32,000 bases of DNA from Methanosphaera stadtmanae DSM 3091 (GCF_000012545.1 NC_007681.1:1590001-1622000); one strand, 5' to 3'; positions 10,268 through 19,807 are shown, counted from the first letter of the stretch. The notes: generated from the sequence alone by a model not told the origin. Program-made: numbers and translations.

Positions 10268-10837
10268 TTATAAATTAAGAGAAAATCCCTTTTTATTCTC
10301 ATTATCTTTTATTAATTTAAAACTATGTACTATCTTATCATAATTTGATCTTTGAGATTCATATGATTCTACTGGTGTAGAAAAAAGTACTACATATAAT
10401 TTACCATCACTCATTTTCATCCATGTAGCCACATGCTCTTTCTGTGTACCATCAGGCTCATTTATAATATATCTGTGAATTAGAACAGATCTATTATTTA
10501 ATGTTGAAGAAGCTTCCTGAATTCTAATATAATTACCATATTGTGTTAATCCTTGATTATTAGTATTATATGCTTGTTGTAAATCATTCCCTAATTCTGG
10601 AGGTACTTGTTGTATTACAACTGATGTATTAGCATCCTTTGGATTTGCTACTGCCGCTATTGATCCTTCAGATACACTATTTGCTTCTGACCACCCCTCA
10701 GGATAAATAAAAGTTACACCATTTTTTTCATAAGTTTCTCCTGAAGTCATTATAGGTCCTAAAAGTCCACCATAATATATGGCGACACAGACAAGTACTA
10801 ATAAAATAATTGTTATTATTGTTTTAACCCATTTCAT
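10268..10837 (-). CDS. Hypothetical membrane-anchored extracytoplasmic protein
   Basis: 189 aa with an N-terminal hydrophobic anchor 'IITIILLVLVCVAIYY' followed by a soluble beta-rich domain. GGGAG SD. No motif recognised with certainty. Confidence 0.6.
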   Translation of the reverse strand: MKWVKTIITIILLVLVCVAIYYGGLLGPIMTSGETYEKNGVTFIYPEGWSEANSVSEGSIAAVANPKDANTSVVIQQVPPELGNDLQQAYNTNNQGLTQYGNYIRIQEASSTLNNRSVLIHRYIINEPDGTQKEHVATWMKMSDGKLYVVLFSTPVESYESQRSNYDKIVHSFKLIKDNENKKGFSLNL

Positions 10838-10861
10838 AATATATACTCCCTATAATCTAAA

Positions 10862-11437
10862 TCATGTAGTAGTATTACTTGAAGATGTACTAGATTTAGA
10901 TGTGGTTTTACTACTTGAATTAGTTGCTTTCTTAGTATTTTTCTTATTAACAACTTTTGAAGTGTTTATCTTCTGATATTTTTGGACTGTATTCTTTTGT
11001 AGAGTAGTATTATTACTCTGTGTGGCATTAATAGAAGTAACAGTATCATTAGCACTGAATGCTGAATCAGATACGGTTATGTTAATACCTGTTTCATTTT
11101 CTACTGTGTGTAATGCAGATATTCCTGCAAAAATTCCAATACCAAATGCTAATAATACAAATAATACTAATAAAATTCTTTTAGTACTTTTACTAAAGAT
11201 TTGTTTACTGCTGATTTCTGAGAATTCCTCATTTTTAACTGAGGAATATCCATCCACAAAATCATCATATAATTCTTCTTTTTTATTTCTAGATTCTTCA
11301 ATTTTTGATGATTTAAAACCTTTTGCTTCTTGAAGTTTACTTACAGCTTCCATATTACCCAATTTACGTTCATATCTTATTCTTAATGTATCATATTCAT
11401 CTAAAGAAAGATTACCTTTATTTTTTTGCTCTTCCAA
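10862..11437 (-). CDS. Hypothetical single-pass membrane protein with an Asn/Ser/Thr-rich C-terminal tail (start uncertain)
   Basis: 191 aa from a TTG start with no SD. It has a charged N-terminal region, one TM 'ILLVLFVLLAFGIGIFAGISAL', then many N-x-S/T sequons and 'SSSKTTSKSSTSSSNTTT'. Confidence 0.5.
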   Translation of the reverse strand: MEEQKNKGNLSLDEYDTLRIRYERKLGNMEAVSKLQEAKGFKSSKIEESRNKKEELYDDFVDGYSSVKNEEFSEISSKQIFSKSTKRILLVLFVLLAFGIGIFAGISALHTVENETGINITVSDSAFSANDTVTSINATQSNNTTLQKNTVQKYQKINTSKVVNKKNTKKATNSSSKTTSKSSTSSSNTTT

Positions 11438-11481
11438 ATATTTTAATTTCTTTTCAATATTATGTCGAGAGTTACTTCGAA

Positions 11482-12318
11482 CTATTTTAATGCCCCCTCA
11501 ACAGTTTTATAAGAACCTAATAATTTAAACATCTTAACTTTCTTTTTAATTATAGTTAATGTTTTACTTATATTAGAATCTAAACGATGACCTTCCATAT
11601 CAATAAAAAATAAATATTTTCCCATACCTTGTTTTGAAGGCCTAGATTCAATTTTTGTAAGATTTATATTTTCCTTAACAAATTCATATAAAATCTCACA
11701 TAATCCTCCAGGCTTATCTCCATTTAATGAAATTATAATCGATGTTTTATCATGTCCTGTTGACTCTTTTTGGTCATGATTTGCCAATATTACAAAACGT
11801 GTAACATTATTTGGATAATCTTGAATATTTTCATCTAATATTTCAAGATCATATTTCTTAGATAAAATTTCATTTCCAATTACTGCAGCAGTAGCTATTT
11901 CAGTAACATATCTTGCAGCATTTGCTGTACTTGACATTGTATGAACTTGTTTACCAAGCTTATTAATATAATGTCTACACTGTGCTATTGGTTGTTGATG
12001 AGAACATATGACAGATATATCCTTAAGAGTTTTACCCTTTTGTACTAGAAGATCATGATTAATAGGTAATTCTAACTCTCCTTTAATCTTTATATTAAAA
12101 TATACTAGTGCATCTAATGTTACAAGTACTGAACCCTCAGTTGAATTTTCAATAGGTACTATTGCTTCATCAATTTCATTTTTTTCTAAAGATTCGAATA
12201 TATTAAGTATATTTGGATACGGAATAATCTCCATATTATCCTCAACAATAGATAATGCTGCTTGTTGTGAAAATGTTCCTTCAGGACCAAGATATCCAAC
12301 TTGTTTATTTTTATTCAT
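11482..12318 (-). CDS. pheA: Prephenate dehydratase with a C-terminal ACT domain
   Basis: 278 aa with 'VGYLGPEGTFS', 'TRFVIL' and 'ESRPSK' motifs. Confidence 0.92.
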   Translation of the reverse strand: MNKNKQVGYLGPEGTFSQQAALSIVEDNMEIIPYPNILNIFESLEKNEIDEAIVPIENSTEGSVLVTLDALVYFNIKIKGELELPINHDLLVQKGKTLKDISVICSHQQPIAQCRHYINKLGKQVHTMSSTANAARYVTEIATAAVIGNEILSKKYDLEILDENIQDYPNNVTRFVILANHDQKESTGHDKTSIIISLNGDKPGGLCEILYEFVKENINLTKIESRPSKQGMGKYLFFIDMEGHRLDSNISKTLTIIKKKVKMFKLLGSYKTVEGALK

Positions 12319-12461
12319 TAATTATTATTTATGTAAAGGTTAATTAATTAAGTAATGCTTTTTACATAGTACTTGAGTGTCATTTTAAAAAGAGTAAATA
12401 ATAATTTAGATATAATTTCTAAAAAAAATAAGAAGTATTAAAAGAAAAAGAAGAGAAAAAA

Positions 12462-13286
12462 TTAGTAATTTCCTCTTTTTCTACTGTGATCATAGACATA
12501 ACGTAAAATATCAGATTTTGAAACAATACCTTGAACTTTATTTTTATCATCAGATACAGGCATTCCACTAAATTCTTTTGAAACCATTATATTTGCCACT
12601 TGAGCTATTGTTGCATCTTTTGTAGTTGTTTCAATTGTTTGAGACATTACTTCCTGAACAAATAAGTTTCTTATTTGTGTATGCTGATATTTTTCAGGTA
12701 CTCTTTCTTTAAATTCAACAATTGTTTTAGCCATATCCTTAGCTGTAATTATACCCATTATTAATCCAGAGTTAACTACAACAAGTCTTGCCACATCATT
12801 GTCAATCATTAATCTTCTTGCATGTACTAATCTGTCATCAGGACTTACTGTGATAACACGATTTGTCATGATATCTTTTATAGGAGTTTCATCATATGGT
12901 TTTGTATCCACATTCCTTAAAAAGTCTGTTTTTGTCACCATACCTACTATATCATTGTCATCAATAATAGGTATTCCACCAATATGATTATCAACCATTA
13001 ATTTGAGTATTTTAACTTTTGAATCAGAAGGTGCCCCAGTTATAACATCACCAGTCATGATTGTAGAAATTCTCATATGAGATAGAGGAACTTCTTCATA
13101 TTTTGCTGAAGCTATTTTTGTAGCAATATCTTTTTCAGTTACAATTCCTACTAATTCATTTGTTTTTGAAGATATGGCAGGTAATCTTGAAATTTTATGT
13201 TTTCTCATTAGTTTTAAAGCGTCTGAAACTGTTTGATCTTTACGAACTGTTACTATGTCTTTAGCCATTACTTTATCAATTGTCAT
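12462..13286 (-). CDS. CBS-domain protein (four tandem CBS motifs, no other domain)
   Basis: 274 aa. Four repeats of the 'IMT..VIT....D.......M....I..LPV.D....VGIVT..D' pattern were read by eye. Confidence 0.85.
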   Translation of the reverse strand: MTIDKVMAKDIVTVRKDQTVSDALKLMRKHKISRLPAISSKTNELVGIVTEKDIATKIASAKYEEVPLSHMRISTIMTGDVITGAPSDSKVKILKLMVDNHIGGIPIIDDNDIVGMVTKTDFLRNVDTKPYDETPIKDIMTNRVITVSPDDRLVHARRLMIDNDVARLVVVNSGLIMGIITAKDMAKTIVEFKERVPEKYQHTQIRNLFVQEVMSQTIETTTKDATIAQVANIMVSKEFSGMPVSDDKNKVQGIVSKSDILRYVYDHSRKRGNY

Positions 13287-13406
13287 AAGTAATCAACTCC
13301 TAAGTTTTTTTAAATTATGTTAATAACTATTTATTATTTAAATATAAATAGCTTGTTCTTATATACAATAAAAAAAAGAAAAAAAATTAATTCTTTTTTT
13401 ATTAAC

Positions 13407-14342
13407 CTATTGCACAACTGCTTTTATTAGATCACGAATTGTTACTATTCCTATTATTTTTCCAGAATCTTCATCTACTACAGGTAACCCACGAATATTT
13501 GATTCAAACATTAAATCTGCAACATAACCTAATTTATCATATTTAGATACTGTAATTACATCCTTAATCATTAATTGATCAGCTGTTACTTTAACAACAT
13601 CTTCTCCTTCATTAGAGAATAATTTTGCAAATAATTTATGGTCACCTATGTATTTAAGTATGTCTGATGCTGTAACAAATCCTAATAATTTTTCTTCTTT
13701 TGATTGAGACTCCTGATCTTCCCCTACTATTGGAACTCTCCTTAATGAGTTTCTTACCATTATTTTTGCAATACCTTCTATTGGAGTTCCAGGTGTTGTT
13801 GTTATAACATTAGTTGCCATGATATCCTGTACTTCTAAATCAGCACATAGTTTACCTAATTTTTTAACAATATCTCCTTCTGTTACTATTCCAACTATTT
13901 TTTCATCATTATTTATTATTGGAAGTCCACCAATTCCTTCTTCAAGCATTAGTGTTGTTGTATCAACAATAGTATCAGTGTTTGTCATTGTTTTTACACC
14001 TACTGTCATGATTTCTTTAATAGGTGCATTTATTGCAGATAAGAAGTTACCTTTATGTTTATCTGTAATAATGTTGTATTTTTTTCCTCCACCAAAGAAG
14101 TCAAGAATATCCATTGTTGTTACTATACCTAATAACTTTCCAGAACCAGGGTCTGTAATTGGTATTCTTCTAAAGTCATTTTTACTCATTAGATTTGCTA
14201 TTTCAATTATGGATGAACTTTGTGGTGCTGTTACAACATCTTTAGCTGCTATGTCCATTATGTCTCCATCTGTTTCTGCTTTTTTAGTTTGTAAATCTAA
14301 GTTATCATAACTTTCTATTTTGTTTATAAGTTTATTTTTCAT
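13407..14342 (-). CDS. CBS-domain protein (four tandem CBS motifs)
   Basis: 311 aa with four CBS motifs. The third carries a charged insertion 'GEDQESQSKEEK'. GAGGT SD. Confidence 0.85.
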   Translation of the reverse strand: MKNKLINKIESYDNLDLQTKKAETDGDIMDIAAKDVVTAPQSSSIIEIANLMSKNDFRRIPITDPGSGKLLGIVTTMDILDFFGGGKKYNIITDKHKGNFLSAINAPIKEIMTVGVKTMTNTDTIVDTTTLMLEEGIGGLPIINNDEKIVGIVTEGDIVKKLGKLCADLEVQDIMATNVITTTPGTPIEGIAKIMVRNSLRRVPIVGEDQESQSKEEKLLGFVTASDILKYIGDHKLFAKLFSNEGEDVVKVTADQLMIKDVITVSKYDKLGYVADLMFESNIRGLPVVDEDSGKIIGIVTIRDLIKAVVQ

Positions 14343-14383
14343 ATAAATACCTCACTGTATTGTTTAATTTGTTATCTTATTAA

Positions 14384-14965
14384 TTAATCCATTTCTTCTT
14401 CTGATTCATTATCTATACAATCAGGGCATAGATATCCCCCATCAATGTCCCGTAATCGATCATAAACACCACATTTTTCACAAACACCCTCACTTAGATG
14501 TTCATCATAATCATTAGAGTATACATCATCAGAATAAAGTCCATTCAGATTTTTTTCTTCAATAAACAGCTCTATTAATTCAGGAGATACTCTCACAATG
14601 TCTGTTAGTGTTAATATACCCTTTAAAACATCACCTTCTATTACTAAAAGAACTTTACAATTATTTTTTATCATTGCAGAGGATGCTTCAATTAGAGAAG
14701 TATCTAATCCTACACTAACATATTTCTCCATAACCATGTCTGCAGTAATATCTTGTGGTGAAATATTTTTAGATACAACTTTTGAAATAATACCATTACT
14801 TGTAACTATTCCCTCTACCACTTGATCTTCTATAACCACGGAACTAATATCATGTTTAGTCATAATAGTTGCTATATCAGATATTGATGAACTGCTGGTT
14901 GCTGTTATAACATTGTAGGTCATAGCATCTTTAATACCTATGTTATGTTTTGTTTTTAATTCCAT
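14384..14965 (-). CDS. CBS-pair protein with a C-terminal CxxC...CxxC zinc ribbon
   Basis: Two CBS motifs followed by 'CEKCGVYDRLRDIDGGYLCPDC' and an acidic tail. The ORF track starts at GTG 14974, which abuts the SD. ATG 14965 sits 9 nt after GGAG and is the more likely start. Confidence 0.8.
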   Translation of the reverse strand: MELKTKHNIGIKDAMTYNVITATSSSSISDIATIMTKHDISSVVIEDQVVEGIVTSNGIISKVVSKNISPQDITADMVMEKYVSVGLDTSLIEASSAMIKNNCKVLLVIEGDVLKGILTLTDIVRVSPELIELFIEEKNLNGLYSDDVYSNDYDEHLSEGVCEKCGVYDRLRDIDGGYLCPDCIDNESEEEMD

Positions 14966-15281
14966 GTTAATCACTCCAGATTTTTTATTAAAAAGTTAAT
15001 AACATAATTAATAGTATAACCTTACTTATATTATAATATTTATTTAATTTTCATATTTTCATACATAAAAATTAGAAAAATAAAATTTATTTATAAATAT
15101 TTCATTAAAAATAGAAAGTTAAAAAAAAATATAGTTATAGTAATAATAAATACTATGAGAAATAAAAATAAAATTGAAAATTAATGTTTTATTTTAAATA
15201 TTATGAAGAACTTTTTTTACTATTAATATCAACTTAATTTATAATTAATATAAAAAAATTAATAAAATATAGAATAATTTC

Positions 15282-15974
15282 TTATTCTACATTCAAATAT
15301 TTATGTATTTGAGGTATTATTGATACAGAATGATTTTTTCCAATAATTTCAGATATTTTAAAGAGATTATCCTTTTTATCCCATAATTCCATAGGACTTA
15401 CTGGTTGAATTATTATTTCTACTTCTTTTGATATGTCATTAATATCTTTCATTATTTTATTTATAACATTTATTGGTGTTGTTGGAGAAACAACTATTTT
15501 AATATAATATTTCTGATTATTTAGTTGCATTACTTCTATTGATTTTAATTCATTTTCATAAACTTCTATCCATTCATCCTTAGAATTAAAATGTTCTGGT
15601 AACTTAATATCCATTGATACAATATCAATTACATCATTTAAGTTATCCAATTCAATTGGTTTTGTTGCATTTGTTTCAAGCATTGCTTTGTAGGGATATT
15701 TTTTTAGAAAATCATGTATATAATCTGAGTGAAGTAATGGTTCTCCACCAGTTATTTCCAATGAATCAAAGTCAGGAGTCATTAGTTTTTGAATTTCTTC
15801 ATTTAATTGATCATATGAATATTCCTTACCCAACTGATTTGTTTTACTATTTTCTGTGTCACAGTATTTACAATTAATATTACATCCTGCAAATCTAATA
15901 AATATTTGACGTTTACCAATTAAGAGACCTTCTCCTTGTATACTTGAAAATATTTCTATTATTTTATGAGTAAT
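15282..15974 (-). CDS. queE: 7-carboxy-7-deazaguanine synthase (radical SAM)
   Basis: The frame is open upstream of the listed TTG 15833 and encodes 'ITHKIIEIFSSIQGEGLLIGKRQIFIRFAGCNINCKYCDTE'. This holds the QueE N-terminal signature and the CxxxCxxC cluster motif. No ATG/GTG/TTG lies upstream of it. ATT at 15974 lies 7 nt after GGAGGA. Confidence 0.8.
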   Translation of the reverse strand: MTHKIIEIFSSIQGEGLLIGKRQIFIRFAGCNINCKYCDTENSKTNQLGKEYSYDQLNEEIQKLMTPDFDSLEITGGEPLLHSDYIHDFLKKYPYKAMLETNATKPIELDNLNDVIDIVSMDIKLPEHFNSKDEWIEVYENELKSIEVMQLNNQKYYIKIVVSPTTPINVINKIMKDINDISKEVEIIIQPVSPMELWDKKDNLFKISEIIGKNHSVSIIPQIHKYLNVE

Positions 15975-15987
15975 TGAGGAATCCTCC

Positions 15988-16470
15988 TTAATTTAATGGT
16001 TTATGATAAGATGCTCCTTGACCTATTCCTTCATTTACTTGTACTTCAATATAGTCTAGAGTTGTTGTATCGATATTTTCAACTATTAAATCTGTGATAT
16101 ACACAGATAATGATTCTGCTGTTGTTGAAACTATTGGAAGTAGCACTACATCACATTTAGGTAATTTATATTCAAGTTTATCCAATACTTTAAATTCAAC
16201 AGTTTCATCATCCTCATAAGTTATTTCTAAATCTGGACTTTCCACAGGTATTAATACTCTATGATCTAGTGTTTTACAGATTTTTCTTGTAATGGATTTA
16301 AGTACTTTGAAGTCTATTACAAATCCAAATTTTCCTGAACGTTCACCTTCTACTTCCACATCAACAATATAACTATGTCCATGAATTTTTCCACAGGATT
16401 CATGTCCTATAACCATATGTGCTGCTGAAAATCTTAAATTTGTATGTATTCCATCTAAATTTACTTTCAT
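15988..16470 (-). CDS. queD: 6-carboxy-5,6,7,8-tetrahydropterin synthase (PTPS family)
   Basis: 160 aa with 'FSAAHMVIGHESCGKIHGHSY', which gives the Zn-binding His residues and the catalytic Cys typical of the QueD/PTPS fold. It lies 13 nt upstream of queE. Confidence 0.85.
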   Translation of the reverse strand: MKVNLDGIHTNLRFSAAHMVIGHESCGKIHGHSYIVDVEVEGERSGKFGFVIDFKVLKSITRKICKTLDHRVLIPVESPDLEITYEDDETVEFKVLDKLEYKLPKCDVVLLPIVSTTAESLSVYITDLIVENIDTTTLDYIEVQVNEGIGQGASYHKPLN

Positions 16471-16483
16471 ATTTTTTTGCCTC

Positions 16484-17047
16484 TTAGAATACTTTTGTTT
16501 TTGTTATATCTTTATCTATTGTTTCAATCATTTCTATATATGTATTTGCAATATCATCTTGTAATTGATGTATTTTATTAACATCCATATTATCCTCTAG
16601 AGCAGATGTTTCTACATCATCTGGTGTTCCTTCTGTTGTAATATTTAGTGCAAAGTGCATTTTCATTGAACTAATAGATGCTGTTGCTATGGATACTGAT
16701 AATTTTTTATTGTTAATAAATATATCATCACCATCTTGTGTTGTTTTAATACCATAATCCAGTAGTTTATCTCTTGTTATCATAACCAGTATTCTTTGTC
16801 TATGATATGCTAATTTTAGATTTCCTGGTTGTTCATCAAAATGTTCCACTATGAAATTTAACATCAAATTTCCTTTTATATCAAGTCCCACATCTTCATA
16901 ATCTATTAAATTATCACCTAGTATGTTCATAGGTCCTACCCATGAAACTATGGTTGAATCTTTTACTTTAAATTCTTGAAATGCCCATGAAGGATTTATT
17001 TGACTTCCATCATATTCATTACCATCTATCCATTTTAAGTACTGCAT
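16484..17047 (-). CDS. Conserved hypothetical protein, first gene of the queD-queE operon (possibly the archaeal DUF366 family; from memory, unverified)
   Basis: 187 aa, soluble, with no recognisable catalytic motif. Its stop lies 13 nt before the queD ATG, and the queD SD (GAGG) lies in that gap. Confidence 0.6.
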   Translation of the reverse strand: MQYLKWIDGNEYDGSQINPSWAFQEFKVKDSTIVSWVGPMNILGDNLIDYEDVGLDIKGNLMLNFIVEHFDEQPGNLKLAYHRQRILVMITRDKLLDYGIKTTQDGDDIFINNKKLSVSIATASISSMKMHFALNITTEGTPDDVETSALEDNMDVNKIHQLQDDIANTYIEMIETIDKDITKTKVF

Positions 17048-17179
17048 TTTATCATCTCATATAATATTTATTTATTCCAATTATCATAAAACTATGTTCA
17101 GTTTATCAAAACTATTATATATTAATATTATTTCATTCATAAGATTTAATTAGTAAAGTTTTTTAGGGAATAGTTTTAT

Positions 17180-18214
17180 ATGAATGTTAGACCACGTTAT
17201 TTTATTGAAACAAAAGACAGTTTATTTTTTGCTGTTAACACTTATTATCATCCAGAAGATGCTGTTATTGCATTTTTAAGATACATTCCATGTGTTGATG
17301 GTGATAGAGAATTAAATGGTACTTTTTATAAGAAAGTTGATAGTAATCAAGCATATGATTATATTAAAAAGAATCATCCTAATTACCTATTTGATTGGAA
17401 TGTTGAAAATAAAAAGATGATGGGTGTTCCACTAGAGGATATTAAAGAAATACACAGTCCTATTGATAGATTAAAAGAAATAATAAACGATGATTCACCT
17501 AATCCTTTTTATGAAAAGGTACGTTTACTTGCAAACATTTTTCATAATGAAGCAAACATTAGCTATGATAATATGGGTATTACTGGTTCTACTCTTGCAA
17601 GATTAGAAAAAGTTGATAGCTCTGATATTGATTTTATTGTATTTGGATTAGATAATCATAAAAAAGCTCGTCAATTATATGGTAGACTAAAAGATGATAA
17701 AAATAGCCCCCTGGATAGAATCAAGGGTAATTTTTGGAACAAAGTATATAATAAAAGAATAAAGGATGGTTCATTATCATTTGATGAGTTTATTTGGTAT
17801 GAATCTAGAAAAAACAACAGAGGTCTTATTAAAGGTACTTTATTTGATATTTTATCTACCATGAATTCTGAAGACTTATCTATTGAAGAAAATGTATATT
17901 ATAAACAAATTGCTTCTATGAAAATTAAATGTAAAATCATAGATGATAGTCAATCTTTTGATACTCCATCTATATATCAAGTATCTAATGTTGAAATTTT
18001 AGAAGGTCCTTCCATAAATATTGAAAAAATAGTATCATTTACACATACTTATGCTGGAGAAGTTATAAATAATGAAGAAGTTATTGCATCTGGTGTATGT
18101 GAAGAAGTAACCCATCTAGAAAATGGTAAAAAAACATACAACTTAATTATAGGTACAACACGAGAATCTATAAATGAATATGTAAAACTAGAAAAAAGTC
18201 CATTATACTTATAA
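17180..18214 (+). CDS. Predicted nucleotidyltransferase (Pol-beta/MNT-like fold)
   Basis: 344 aa with 'MGITGSTLARLEKVDSSDIDFIVFG', which matches the G-S...D-x-D nucleotidyltransferase signature. It is divergent from the queE/queD operon. Confidence 0.55.
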   Translation: MNVRPRYFIETKDSLFFAVNTYYHPEDAVIAFLRYIPCVDGDRELNGTFYKKVDSNQAYDYIKKNHPNYLFDWNVENKKMMGVPLEDIKEIHSPIDRLKEIINDDSPNPFYEKVRLLANIFHNEANISYDNMGITGSTLARLEKVDSSDIDFIVFGLDNHKKARQLYGRLKDDKNSPLDRIKGNFWNKVYNKRIKDGSLSFDEFIWYESRKNNRGLIKGTLFDILSTMNSEDLSIEENVYYKQIASMKIKCKIIDDSQSFDTPSIYQVSNVEILEGPSINIEKIVSFTHTYAGEVINNEEVIASGVCEEVTHLENGKKTYNLIIGTTRESINEYVKLEKSPLYL

Positions 18215-18222
18215 AAAAAGAA

Positions 18223-18885
18223 TTAAAGTACTTCTTTAATTCTACTAATATCAAGATTAGATGTTTCTGAAATAGCCATAACAGCCATAACACCTGCTTG
18301 AACTGGATCTGTTACAACTAAATCTAAATGGTTAATTAAAGAATCATTTCCATTAAGACCCACTATTTTAATATTGTAGTTATTTTTTATTTCATCAATT
18401 ACCCCTATTATTGAATCTTCAATTTCTGATTCAGCAAGTACTATGCATGAAACACGAGGTAAATACCCTATAGCTTCTAATGCTTCAATTATATTTTTTT
18501 CTCCTGTTAAAGGTAATGTATCAATACTTATACGTTCACCACGAATATTATGACGATCTGCTTCAGTAATTGCACCTAAGACAACCTGTGATACCTGAAT
18601 ACCCGTTCCTATTATAATAATCCTTTTACCCCAAATTTCATCTGTAGGAAAGAATTTAACTACTTCCATAACCCCTGAAAAACCACGTAATTCAGAAATC
18701 AAACAGTCAATATCAACCACATTTTCTAATTCAACATATAAAAAAGCAGTATTTTCTGATTCGACACGAAATTGTGTGTAAACAAGGCCATACCCCTTCT
18801 TTGAAATATGACCCAATAGCTTCTCTAGAATATGTACCTTATTTTTAGTTGTTATTTCTATTGCATCAACCATTCTTAATCCCAT
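18223..18885 (-). CDS. ACT-domain protein, paralogue A (predicted amino-acid-metabolism regulator family)
   Basis: 220 aa with an N-terminal ACT-like beta-alpha-beta-beta-alpha-beta region. The C-terminal domain carries '[23 protein letters not shown]' and '[15 protein letters not shown]'. Alignment with paralogue B suggests the real start may be ATG 18873. Confidence 0.75.
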   Translation of the reverse strand: MGLRMVDAIEITTKNKVHILEKLLGHISKKGYGLVYTQFRVESENTAFLYVELENVVDIDCLISELRGFSGVMEVVKFFPTDEIWGKRIIIIGTGIQVSQVVLGAITEADRHNIRGERISIDTLPLTGEKNIIEALEAIGYLPRVSCIVLAESEIEDSIIGVIDEIKNNYNIKIVGLNGNDSLINHLDLVVTDPVQAGVMAVMAISETSNLDISRIKEVL

Positions 18886-19156
18886 ACCCTTAAAACTTTT
18901 TTAAGTTATGTACTTCAATAATAACTAAAATATAACTTATTACATATTTTTTAGAGTTTTTTATTAATATATTTTTGTTATATGAAGTATTGACTAATAT
19001 AGTATGAGAATAAAAATACTCTTTCTGATAATAATATAATTACTAAAAATACAATAGTATTCCCATAACATATTATTAAAAATAACTTAAATTCTAAAAA
19101 GATTATAAAATAAAGATTCTACAATTATTAAAAAAAAATAAAAAGAGGATATTGTC

Positions 19157-19807
19157 CTAGAGTACTTCATCAACTCTATCAATATCAAATTTAGCAGTTT
19201 TTGCTATTGACATTACAGCCATAACACCTGCTTGAACTGGATCTGTTACAACTAAATCAGCATGGTCTCTTACAGAACCAACCATATTAAGACTTATTAC
19301 TTTAACTCCATATTTATTTTTTATTTCATCAATAGCATCCACAATAGATCCACCCATTAATGATCCAGCAAGTACTAAACAACCCACTCTAGGTAAACAT
19401 CCAACGGCACGTACAGCTTCAGTTAATTTTTTTTCTCCAGCCAGTGGTAATGTATCAACACTTATACGTTCACCACGAATATTATGACGATCTGCTTCGG
19501 TAATTGCACCTAATGCTACTTGAGATACTTGTGCTCCACCACCAACTATGATGATTCTTTTACCCCATACTTTATCCATAGAAGGAGATAGTTTTACTTC
19601 TTTGACTTCTGGAAATTCCATTATTTCAGAAAGTACTTCTTCAATATTATCCACATGATCTAATTCTATATATGTAGAAGCATGATCATCAGATTCCATA
19701 TATAAATGGGTATAGACAATATTAATTCCATTTTTTGCAAGATAATCAGTTACTTTTCTTAAAACTCCTGGTTTATCTATTGTCCTCATATTTATTGCAT
19801 CTATCAT
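19157..19807 (-). CDS. ACT-domain protein, paralogue B
   Basis: 216 aa, colinear with paralogue A. It retains the Gly-rich loops 'IIVGGGAQV' and 'LAGSLMGGS'. Confidence 0.8.
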   Translation of the reverse strand: MIDAINMRTIDKPGVLRKVTDYLAKNGINIVYTHLYMESDDHASTYIELDHVDNIEEVLSEIMEFPEVKEVKLSPSMDKVWGKRIIIVGGGAQVSQVALGAITEADRHNIRGERISVDTLPLAGEKKLTEAVRAVGCLPRVGCLVLAGSLMGGSIVDAIDEIKNKYGVKVISLNMVGSVRDHADLVVTDPVQAGVMAVMSIAKTAKFDIDRVDEVL

